DNA of 39,503 nucleotides from contig NW_021835553.1 of NCBI RefSeq assembly GCF_006345805.1, forward strand, positions 1 to 39,503, in the 5' to 3' direction. This DNA is from Octopus sinensis. Its lineage: Eukaryota. Under the pieces are notes generated by a model. That model did not search any database. It was not told the DNA's origin and saw only the letters and a program-made list of their open reading frames with translations. Positions 1 to 10,228 of the stretch are shown piece by piece; positions within the stretch are counted from its first letter, which is position 1, and each line of letters starts with the position of its first letter. Both the position numbers and the translations under genes were made by a program.

Positions 1-99
1 GGTTTAATACCTTAAGTCTTTCCCAGTAGCTGATATTTTGCATTGAGACGATTTTCTTTGTGTAGCTCTCTGAATTGCTTCGAGTTCTGCTGTTAGTTT

Positions 100-140
100 T
101 TATATATATATATATAGATTATTTATATATATATATATAT

Positions 141-177
<37 letters not shown>

Positions 178-250
178 TATATATATATACATAATATATA
201 CATATACATATATATATATACGGTATATATATGTACACATATATGTATAC

Positions 251-289
<39 letters not shown>

Positions 290-631
290 TATATATATAC
301 ATATAATATTATACATATACATATATACATATATATGCATATAGAAATATATACATATGCATATATATACATATATATATATATACATTCCTATATATGT
401 ACATATATATACACTCATGTATACATGCGTATATATGTACATATATATGCATATATATATATACATACATATATATACACACACACACATATATATACAT
501 GTATATACATATATACATATATATATATAAATCTACATATATCCATCTATACATATACATCTATACACATCTATATATATGAATATATATACACATACAC
601 ATATGTACACATATAGATACACATACATACA

Positions 632-673
<42 letters not shown>

Positions 674-1030
674 TACATACACATATATAACATAGATATA
701 TACATATATAATCTATATATCTACATGTATATGTATACATGGATACAAATAAATATACACTATTTATACATACATATATATATAACATATATATATATAT
801 GCGTGCATATATATATGTATATATATATGTATTATATATATATATGCATATATATACGTATATATATATAATATAAATGTGCATATTATATATATTTATA
901 GATATAAATATGCATATATATATGCTTATATATATATATGTATATACATATGTATACATATAATATTATATATGCATATATATATATAAAGTAAGATAAT
1001 AATTTCACAATGTATATATTATATACATAA
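100..1030. repeat. Compound (TA)n/(TACA)n AT-rich microsatellite tract
   Basis: Near-continuous TA/CA dinucleotide-derived sequence; overlapping ORFs are Y/I/M/C runs. Confidence 0.95.
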
Positions 1031-1456
1031 TGAAAGTATTAATAGTGAAACTATCAAAACTGAAACTATTATCTCACATTACAGAGTAGAGATGTTATTG
1101 TTTCACTTTTAACACGTAATACCGAAACAGTGTAAGAGATTGCACCAAGCTCGCATTAGGCAAGAAGTTGGAACTTTTTGGGTCCATGACGCCCCATGCA
1201 CCCTAAACAGTTTATGTATAAGGCTTGAATGAAATTGGTTGGGTAGTTCTCGAGTTTTATTGATGCACGTGCCCGTGCATGAACACACACGCATATCTTC
1301 AGTTATATATATATATATATATTATTGGTAAAAACGGTAAGCTAACAAAAGAAAGAAAGAGACCTCAATATTATGTATATAGAGGAAATTTATCTATAAA
1401 ATAATATGTTACAATTATTCAATAGTAAAGATAAAAATCCTTTATATATATAACTG

Positions 1457-1561
1457 CTACTTAATTTATCAACCCCGAAAAGATGAAAGGCAAAGTCGAC
1501 CTCGGCGGAATTTGAACTCAGAACGTAACGGCAGACGAAACACCGCTAAGCATTTCGCTGG
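1457..1561 (-). mobile_element. SINE-like family A fragment (B-box and central domain)
   Basis: Reverse complement matches the core GTTCTGAGTTCAAATTCCGCCGAGGTCGACTTTGCCTTTCATC seen in the longer copy at 29276-29668. Confidence 0.8.
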
Positions 1562-1865
1562 AGTTTCTATGTGGTCGCTCAGACTGCAGGAACTCGCAGC
1601 CAGCTCCCACTCAGCTCAAACCTTTCAGTCTTACATAAGGAAAGAACACATCGAATAACTTAGTCCTATGGCATAGCCCCAAATAAACGAGTTGGCTATT
1701 GTTTGAAATTCTTTGATCCTCAGTTTTCTTGATTAGAGACGCCCAGCGTCGAACAATAACAACAATACAATATATGCATGAAGCAATGACAAAGCTTCTT
1801 CATCGTTACTGGACCTGCTAGAATTAGCAGTAAAACATCCCTTAAATCACATCCCATTGTCTTAT

Positions 1866-2167
1866 TGTTTGTTCCTTCTCGAGCCACGCCTGGCTCATAA
1901 GGCCTGGTTTCCCGGTTTCCTTGGCGTATAGGTTCCCCACCTGGACGGGACAGCGGTCCGTCGCAGGTGAGCTGCATGATGCAGGAGGAAAGAGTGAGAG
2001 AAAGTTGTGGCGAAAGAATCAGCAGAAGTTCGCCATTACCTTCTGCCGGAGCCGCGTGGAGCTGAGGTGTTTCGCTCATAAACACACACATCGCCCTGTC
2101 TGAGATGCGAACCCGCGATCCCTCGACCGCGAGTCCGCTGCTCTAACCACTAGGCCATGTGTCTCCA
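1866..2167 (-). mobile_element. tRNA-headed SINE: family C head/body with an alternative 3' end, flanked by a 13-bp TSD
   Basis: Minus strand begins TGGAGACACATGGCCTAGTGGTTAGAGCAGCGGACTCGCGGTCGAGGGATCGCGGGTTCG (A/B boxes). Direct repeat CCCATTGTCTTAT at 1853-1865 and 2168-2180. Confidence 0.85.
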
Positions 2168-2436
2168 CCCATTGTCTTATAGTGAAGAGTAAATATAGAC
2201 GGGACGATCGTTGCCTGAACACCTTTGATCAAAGAACTGCTCAATTATAACTAACCTAATATTAAACACAATTAGAACAGCGATATTTTTTTAAAATTAT
2301 GTTGCAAACGATCGTTGTGAAGATAATGGACAATGGTTCAAGATCTGGATAAGCCGCTATTGCTGCTAATTATGTTATTGTTCTTATTGTTGTCGTAGTC
2401 ATCGTTTTCAACAACGATCGTAGATCAGCGCCGGAT

Positions 2437-2583
2437 CGAGGTCGACTTTGCCTTTCATCCTTTCGGGGTCGATTAAATAAATACCAGTTACGCACTGGGG
2501 TCGATGTAATCGGCTTAATCCGTGTGTCTGTCCTTGTTTGTCCCCTCTGTGTTTAGCCCCTTGTGGGTAGTAAAGAAATGGGT
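2437..2583 (+). mobile_element. SINE-like family A fragment
   Basis: GAGGTCGACTTTGCCTTTCATCCTTTCGGGGTCGAT...TTTAGCCCCTTGTGGGTAGTAAAGAAAT matches other family A copies. Confidence 0.85.
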
Positions 2584-2799
2584 TATGACAGTGTTGCCCA
2601 ATGACCAATGGCGTTCTCGCCGTAACAATCTCGCCATGTTTCCAAACATAATATGTGCAAGACTAATACTATGCAACGAGTCCTTCCGACCAGTGGAGCG
2701 GAATTAGAAAGAGAGATTTCGCTGCTATTTTGTGAAATGTGGATGGTAATAAATGTGGTGACAGAGGTAGCTGTGAAGGTTTGGGGATAATGATGCCGA

Positions 2800-3200
2800 T
2801 GATGACGATGTCAACGACGATGAATGAGAACGATGACGACGACGACGATGATGATGATAGCGATAACTGTGGTGGTGGTGGTGGTGGTGGTGGTTGTGGT
2901 GCTGGTGCTTGGTGCTGGTTGTGATGCTGCTGGTTGTAGTGGTGGTGGCGGTGGTTGTGGTGATGGTGGCGGTGGTATTTGTAAAGTGGTGATAGGGTAG
3001 GCGGTTTCGGAGTGGCTGGTGGTGGCGGTGGTGGCGGTGGTGGCGGCGATGGCGGGGAGATGGTATTGGTGGTAGCAAGATGATGATGATGATGATGATG
3101 ATGATGTTGAAGGCCTCAGCGGCGGCGGTGGCGGTGCTAGTGGTGGAGTAGCAAGAGATTGAAGTTTGGAAGGAATAAGGGAGGGTGGGGAGTGGAACAG
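2800..3200. repeat. (GAT)n/(GGT)n/(GGC)n trinucleotide low-complexity tract
   Basis: Direct reading; source of the poly-H/T/S/P ORFs. Confidence 0.9.
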
Positions 3201-3598
3201 TGGGAGAAGGCAGGCGACACGGGGATAAATATGGATAAAATAATGGTGCCAGTCAGAGTGGGGGGTGATGAGAAGGAATGGCTCAGTTGGACGGAACAGT
3301 GATAAATTACCGGTCTGATTGAAAGAATAGACGGTTCTGGAAGTGGCTGTGAGTATCGTGTTTCCTTCACAAGGAAGAACTGTCGCAAAATTTTCCAAAA
3401 TGAAGGTTTGACAGGGGTTTTGCCTTTTACCTGGTGTGTATCTTTCTCTCTCTCTCTCTCTCTCCCTCCCCATTCCCCCTTATCTCCTCTCCCTCCTTTT
3501 CTCTCTCTCTCTCGCTACCTCTACGTATGTATGCATGTGTGTATACACAATATATGTGTATATATATATATATAAATAAAATTATATATTATATATAT

Positions 3599-3629
<31 letters not shown>

Positions 3630-3721
3630 ATACATATATATTATGTAATATATGCACATATATATTCACTAAATCCATCTAATTTTCTATGTAACTCGCT
3701 CTCTCTCTCTCTTTCTCCTTT

Positions 3722-3904
3722 TTTCTCTCCTTTTTTTTCTGTCCTTGTTTCTCTCCTTGTTTTTTCTGTGTCCCTTTCTGTGGAAGAGCATAGGCTCGAA
3801 ACGTAAAAGACTTTTTCTATTCCTGAGCGTTATACTAATACATCTGTTTGTTTTGTACACCACCTGTCTTCGTCTTACGTTTTTTTTTCGTAAATTCTCC
3901 CTTT
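3722..3904 (+). mobile_element. Dispersed ~155-180 bp repeat (family F), putative Penelope-like terminal-repeat remnant
   Basis: Reverse complement of copies at 10075-10228 and 28765-28920; all three abut a (TA)n tract at the same end and carry a hammerhead-like motif. Confidence 0.7.
3772..3811 (+). ncRNA. Minimal type-I hammerhead-like ribozyme motif, A6U core variant
   Basis: CC-CTTT-CTGTGGA-A-GAGC-ATAG-GCTC-GAA-ACGT-A-AAAG-AC: stem I CTTT/AAAG, stem II GAGC/GCTC, palindromic stem III ACGT, GUA triplet. Confidence 0.55.
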
Positions 3905-4127
3905 ATATATATATCATCATTATTATTGTAAAAGATAAAATCTATATAAGATTTTATCAAGTAGCTAGCATGTAATAACCATTTAGGTAAAAATTAATGC
4001 AAAGTATGTCATTTTATAAACATAATTATAAGGACAAAATAACTGAGTAGCACTACATGTTAGAAGTAGACACCAGTTTTAGAGTCATTTGGCATCTATT
4101 TCTAGCATGTGCTCAGGAGTTGCCCTA

Positions 4128-4168
<41 letters not shown>

Positions 4169-4470
4169 TATAATATATATATATAATATATATACACACA
4201 CACATACACACACACACAACAAAACATATATATTTATATATATCACATAACACACACATCTCTCTCTCGCTTTCCGTCTGCTTCCCTATCTCTCTCTTTC
4301 TCACTCTCACTCTCTCTCTATGTATGTATATATACATATCTCACAATATATCTACCTCTGTATACAAACACACGCACGCACTCACGCACGAACAAACGTA
4401 TACATACATACAAACATACACACGCATACACACTCATGTATATATGTAGTTTTTCTATCGGACTATAACA

Positions 4471-4599
4471 TATCTATCTATCCATCCATTCATCCATCTA
4501 TCCATCCATGTGTCTATTCATCCATCCATCCATCCATCCATCCACCCATCCATCCATCCATCCATCCATCCATCCATCCATCCATCCATCCATCCATCC

Positions 4600-4640
<41 letters not shown>

Positions 4641-4667
4641 CCTATCTATCTATCTATCCATCCATCC

Positions 4668-4718
<51 letters not shown>

Positions 4719-4743
4719 CATCCATCCATCCATCCATCCATCC

Positions 4744-4798
<55 letters not shown>

Positions 4799-4823
4799 CA
4801 TCCATCCATCCATCCATCCATCC

Positions 4824-4870
<47 letters not shown>
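4471..4870. repeat. Alternating (ATCC)n/(ATCT)n tetranucleotide microsatellite
   Basis: Direct reading; source of the SIHP/SIYL ORFs. Confidence 0.95.
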
Positions 4871-5149
4871 CAGTCACCGGAATAACTATCAGTCTGTCAG
4901 TCTCTCTGCCTGCCTCTATATGTACTTAGCTATTTATTTATACATGTATTTATCTTTCTATAGCCATCTACCTGTCTGTATATGCGTATATGCGTATATA
5001 TGTATGTGTGTGTGTATGTGTGAGTGCGTGTATCAAGACTGTAATACTCTTATCAGTGTCTCTCTACAGTAAGAGACAATTAAGCAAGAGTAGCGAGCAG
5101 TATCATTCACATTATGAATCCATTACGAGTCGATAGATAGAGGAAGACA

Positions 5150-5409
5150 ATGGAAAACCAGACTGGTAATGTCACACACACACACACAAGCCTACATACA
5201 TGCAGACGTTCATATATATACATATGTATAGTTTGTAACAGACATACAGGTAGACAGTCTGACACGAGAGCTGGCAATAGTTCAAGCCAATGAAGGATGG
5301 CAGAGCAGGTAATACATCTTGTGTGTGATGTGTCCTGATTAGATGCTGTAATATATTACTTTGCAGATCACGGCGAGAATGTGTCGCCAGAATATTGGCA
5401 ACTAATTAA
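5150..5409 (+). CDS. Speculative spliced micro-ORF: exons 5150-5165, 5242-5308, 5367-5409, giving 41 aa MENQTDIQVDSLTRELAIVQANEGWQSRSRRECVARILATN
   Basis: ACAATGG start context; two short GT-AG introns (5166-5241 GTAATG...TAACAG, 5309-5366 GTAATA...TTTGCAG); frame preserved; non-repetitive island. No homology recognised. Confidence 0.25.
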
Positions 5410-6190
5410 AGATAACTGTAACCGAACACCAATAGCTTCTGGATCGCTGTCACCTCCTCAGACACCATCGTTACCGAAACCACCGTGATCACCGCCGCCG
5501 TTGTTACCACTACCACCACCACCAACACCACCGCTATCACCATCGCCACCACCATTCCTGCCACCAGCACCATCAACACGCCACCAATACTACTACCACT
5601 ACAACAACCCCACCAATACAACCACTACTACGTCCACCATCACAACTTGTTCTTCATAATCATCATCATCATCATCATGTGTCATTGAAGGAGTCTCTCA
5701 GTGGTCCCTCTACCTGCTAGAAATCGCAATCAAAATCTTCATTAAATCACATCCTTCTTTCTTAGAAAAGGAAACGTTTTTTTCGTTTTTGTGGTTGATG
5801 TAATTTAGCCCCTGGCCTGGTCCTGCATGAGTAGGTCTGCGACCAAAGGCATTTCAGCTTGCACCATTCTGTCTTTTCCATTTGTGCAAGAAACCCACGT
5901 TCTCCAGAAATTGTTTTTCTACCAACGGTTTCACACCTATCCTCGCCTTCGATCATCAATGTTCGATAAATGACCGAAAAAGCACAATCGTGCAGAGATG
6001 CGGCCAAATTAGAGCTACGTTACTCGACAGGATACTGTGGATATGTGGTTAGAATCTCGGTACTACCATATTACGGACATGTGCGTAGAACACCAGTTCT
6101 CAACCAACTTCGGTCCATGGAATCCTTTGATTACTGTTGTGTTCTTCTGGCCTTCCATGGCAATTCGATGTATTATTTTATTCTTTCTCC

Positions 6191-7076
6191 TGTTTCAGTC
6201 ATTTGACTGTGGCCAAGCTGCAGCACCGCCTTGAACAGATTTTTCTGCCGAACCTCTAAGTTACGGGGACGTAAACACACTAGCACCGGTTGTCAAGGGG
6301 TGATGGGAGGGACAAGTGTAGACAAACACACATATATATATACACATACATATATATATATATACATACATATACACGCATACATACATATATCATATAT
6401 ATATATATATACACATATATATACATATACACACACATATACATATGTATATATACATATACACACATATACATATGTATGTATACATATACACACACAT
6501 ATACATATGTATATATACATATACACACACATATATATATGTATATATACATATACACACATATACATATGTATATATATACATATACACACACATATAC
6601 ATATGAATATATATACATATACACACACATATACATATGTATATATATACATATACACACACATATACATATGTATATATATATATATATATACACACAC
6701 ATATATATATATGTATATATATATATAAACACACATATATATATGTATATATACATATACACACACATATATATATGTATACATACATATACACACTCAC
6801 ACATATATATGTATATATACATAAACACACACATATATATATTATATATATGTACATATGCACATACATAGATATATGTACGCGCGTGCGTAGTGTGCGT
6901 GTACATATACATATATACGACAGGCTTCTTTCAGTTTCTGTCTACCAAATCCACTCTCAAAGCTTTGGTTAGCCCGAGGCTATAGGAGAAGACACTTGCC
7001 AAAGATGCCACGCAGTGGGACTGAACCCGGAACCATGTGGCTGGAAGCAAAGTTATTACCACACAGCCACGCCTGT
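6191..7076 (-). mobile_element. Bipartite SINE family B with a ~590 bp internal AT/AC microsatellite
   Basis: tRNA-like head and CORE-like GGCAAGTGTCTT on the minus strand at ~6916-7076; 3' module at ~6191-6330; microsatellite between them. Confidence 0.85.
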
Positions 7077-7081
7077 GACTA

Positions 7082-7486
7082 TTACTCTTTTACTTGTTTC
7101 AGTCATTTGACTGCGGCCATGCTGGAGCACCACCTTTTAATCGAGCAACTCGACCCCAGGACTTATTCTTTGTAAGCCCAGTACTTATTCAATCGGTCTC
7201 TTTTGCCTAACCGCTAAGTAACGGGGACATAAACACACCAGCATCGGTTGTCAAGCAATGCTAGGGGGACAAACACAGACACACAAACATACACGCACAC
7301 ACACACATATATATATACATATATACGACGGGCTTCTTTCAGTTTCCGTCTACCAAATCCACTCACAAGGCTTTGGTCGGCCCGAGGCTATAGTAGAAGA
7401 CACTTGCCTAAGGTGCCACGCAGTGGGACGGAACCCGGAACCATGTGGTTGTTAAGCAAGCTACTTACCACACAGCCACTCCTGCG
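7082..7486 (-). mobile_element. Bipartite SINE family B, near full length
   Basis: Colinear with the plus-strand copy at 35026-35478; directly adjacent to the previous copy in the same orientation. Confidence 0.9.
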
Positions 7487-7690
7487 CTTATGTATATAAA
7501 AAAAATTCTTGAATATTTTAAGGAAGTGTATTATAAAAGTTTAAATATTTTGTGTATTGCCGAAGTATAACCAGTTTGAATGTAAATTTGAAGAGTAGAA
7601 TCTGATATGGATCCCTAAGCGCCACATAGAACTCGATTGGGGCCGGTAGGAAATCTAGGGTAGACCAAGAGAGAAATAGTCGGATAATAT

Positions 7691-8173
7691 CACTGTGCAA
7701 CACTCAAATAAGTACAAGAGATCTGTGGCCATTTTTATATGCAAAATGACACGAGAAATCCACCATTTATGGCCTTCTTTTTGTTGAATTAGGCATGGTT
7801 TCAAAGGAAAATGGAACCCTGGCATGTTGGCAGACTACTGCTGGGGTATAAAAAAAGACCACACTCCGCACAAGAGGCTTAGAAGGACAAAAGCTGTTTA
7901 AACCGATAGGTGTGTTATTAATTCGTAATCAATATGTTTTGCTATACCAACTAATTTTTTTGTTTTGTTTTCTGTAACTTTCAATATTTGCAATGTTGTG
8001 TTCAATACGCAATATTATGCAGTATATTATAAAACATATGGTTCATGGTAGAGGAAAACGGTACCTAATCTAGAGAAATAAAGGTCAGAATAAGAATCAG
8101 GACAATTTTTTGACCCAAAAACAAGTCTTAGTTATCTTGTAGTTGTTTTGAACCTGAAATTTGTTGCACAGTA
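7691..8173 (+). mobile_element. Internally deleted Chapaev-like (CMC group) DNA transposon with transposase C-terminal remnant
   Basis: TIRs CACTGTGCAACA (7691-7702) and TGTTGCACAGTA (8162-8173, one mismatch); 3-bp TAT on both flanks; 7803-7901 encodes KGKWNPGMLADYCWGIKKDHTPHKRLRRTKAV*, resembling the remembered GxWxxxMLADYCW transposase C-terminus. Confidence 0.75.
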
Positions 8174-8578
8174 TATCAATAACCTCGTTTGGTCACACTT
8201 AGAGATACAGCAGGAATGTCTAATGATGGTTGCTTGTGATAGGACGCTGTGGAAGAGGTACCGGAGGATTCCACCCATCTCGATCTCACCAAGAATAATT
8301 GACGACAAAAATGGGTGGGTGTGTGGATGGATGGATGGATGGATGGGTGGGTGGATGGAAGAACAGAGTATGGGGTTTGATGAATATTGAACAGTTATTT
8401 CTAGCATGTGAAATCCCCACAGAAATGCTATGTTGTTAACTTGTGGACACATTCTATAATATGGTGATGGGTTCCCAATATGAAGGCAAAAGTTCTGATT
8501 CTCACGGCGGCTGGCATGTCTTTTGATAATAGGTCTTCATGAGAAGGGTTAGACCTGGAATAAATAAACAGTGCAGAA

Positions 8579-8897
8579 GCGCATGGCTTAGTGATTAGGG
8601 TATTCGGCTCACGTTCGCAAGGTTATGAGTTCAATTCCCGGTGACGCGTTGTGTCCTTGAGCAGGACACTTTATTTCACATTACTCCAGTACTCTCAGCT
8701 GGCAAATATGCGTAGTACCTGTAATTCAAAGGGGGGCGGCTTTGTCACATTCTGTGTCACGCTGAATCACCCTAAGAACTATGTTAAGGGTACGCGTCTT
8801 TGGAGTTGCTCAGCCACTTGAGCGTTAATTTCAAGAGCAGGCTGCTCCGTTGATCGGATCAACTGGATCCTTCGTCGTCTTCACCGACGAAGTGCCA
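8579..8897 (+). mobile_element. tRNA-headed SINE family D with CORE-like segment
   Basis: A-box-like TGGCTTAGTGA, B-box-like AGTTCAATTCC, then GTTGTGTCCTTGAGCAGGACACTTTATTTCAC; related fragment at 27240-27312 on the minus strand. Confidence 0.7.
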
Positions 8898-9162
8898 TTA
8901 ACTAGACAGCAGCAGGAACAGCAACAACAACTATTAGCACTACCACCACTACCACCACCAGGACCAAGATCAAAAACATTGCCGCTAACAAAAGCTGTAG
9001 GACTCTCATCTTCACCATCATAATAATCATCATGTTCATCATCATGATGGACTTCATCAGCAGCAGCAACACCACCATCAAAAACGTTTTCAATACCATC
9101 ATCATCCTTACCACCAACACCACAGTGCCTTCAAGCTAAAACTGTATAGGCAAAATTAATAG

Positions 9163-9646
9163 ATATATATAAAAGAATTATATATAACAAGAGCGCTTTA
9201 AAAAAGAAAACACCAGCTTTGCTAAAGGTAGGAGTCAAAACACTCCGAAGCTGCCATAAAAATTAACACTATATTTTCACAGGCATGATATCATGATTTC
9301 GAATTTAGCGCCAAAAAAACACGCTTGATTCTCCTCAGTCAACCTACTAGTAAGTGATATATAAAGGTTTTGTTACTAAGTAGACTTGACTGAGGAGAAT
9401 CGAGCATTTTTTTTTTTTTGGTGGGAGCGCTAGATTCGAAATCTTGATATCAAGTTAACATTCCGTCTTGTAATTTTGCAGAGGTAAGATGCAATCCTTA
9501 TTTCACTTAATTTTTTTTCCAACCATGCCTGTGAAAATATAGAGTTACTTTATATGGCTTCGGAGTGTTTTGACCCCTATCTTTAGCAAAGCTGGTGTAT
9601 TTTTAAGAAAAAGCGCCCTTGTTATATACAAATCTTTTATATATAT
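9163..9646. mobile_element. Foldback / MITE-like long inverted repeat
   Basis: Left arm ~9163-9353 and right arm ~9373-9646 are reverse complements around a 19-nt spacer; the right arm has an extra ~73 bp (9451-9523); ends lie in TA runs. Confidence 0.8.
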
Positions 9647-9665
9647 ATATATCGATATATATTTC

Positions 9666-9854
9666 TTTTATCTTTATTTGTTTCAGTCATTAGACTTCGG
9701 TCATACTGGGGCACCACCTTGAAGAATTTTAGCTGAATGAATTATTTTTTAAAGCTTGGTACTTATTCTGTCGGATCTTTTGCCGAACCGCTAGGTTACG
9801 GGGACATAAATACACCAACATCAGTTGTCAATCGATTGTAGGGGACTAATATAA

Positions 9855-9889
<35 letters not shown>

Positions 9890-10020
9890 CACACGCACAC
9901 ACACACAAGCAGACACACACACAGTGGTCGGCTCAAGAGTATACTAGAAGCTACTTTCCCAAAGTGCCATACTGTGGTATTGAACCCGGAACCATGTGGC
10001 TGGGAAGCAAACTTCTTATT
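9666..10020 (-). mobile_element. Bipartite SINE family B, diverged, with internal (CA)n
   Basis: TTTCAGTCATT...GCCGAACCGCTAGGTTACGGGG...(CA)n...GAACCCGGAACCATGTGG. Confidence 0.8.
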
Positions 10021-10074
10021 ACGTATATATATTACGTATTCTTATTACGTATATATATATGCATATATATATAC

Positions 10075-10228
10075 AGGGAGAGTTTACGAAAAAAAACAAA
10101 AGACGAAGACAGGTGGTGTACAAAACAAACAGATGTATTAGTATAACGCTCAGGAGTAGAAAAGTCTTTTACGTTTCGAGCCTACGCTTTTCCACAGAAA
10201 GGGACACAGGAAAAACAAGGAGAGAAAC
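10075..10228 (-). mobile_element. Family F repeat (putative Penelope-like terminal remnant), copy 2
   Basis: Near-identical to 28765-28920; begins immediately after a TA-rich run. Confidence 0.7.
10164..10203 (-). ncRNA. Hammerhead-like motif copy 2 (A6U core; first stem II pair broken)
   Basis: Minus strand CC-CTTT-CTGTGGA-A-AAGC-GTAG-GCTC-GAA-ACGT-A-AAAG-AC. Confidence 0.4.

Noticed and set aside
1150-1320. Possible Helitron/Helentron-type non-autonomous end
   Set aside because: Only a vague remembered motif (TGAAATTGGTTGGGTAGTTCTCGAG); single copy with no definable termini.
4320-5072. SIHP/SIYL repeat proteins, also at 15242-15944, 31366-31869 and 36283-36603
   Set aside because: Translations of tetranucleotide microsatellites.
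9387-9405. CTGAGGA as a hammerhead core, also CTGATGA on the minus strand near 39195
   Set aside because: No stem II followed by GAAA and stem III.
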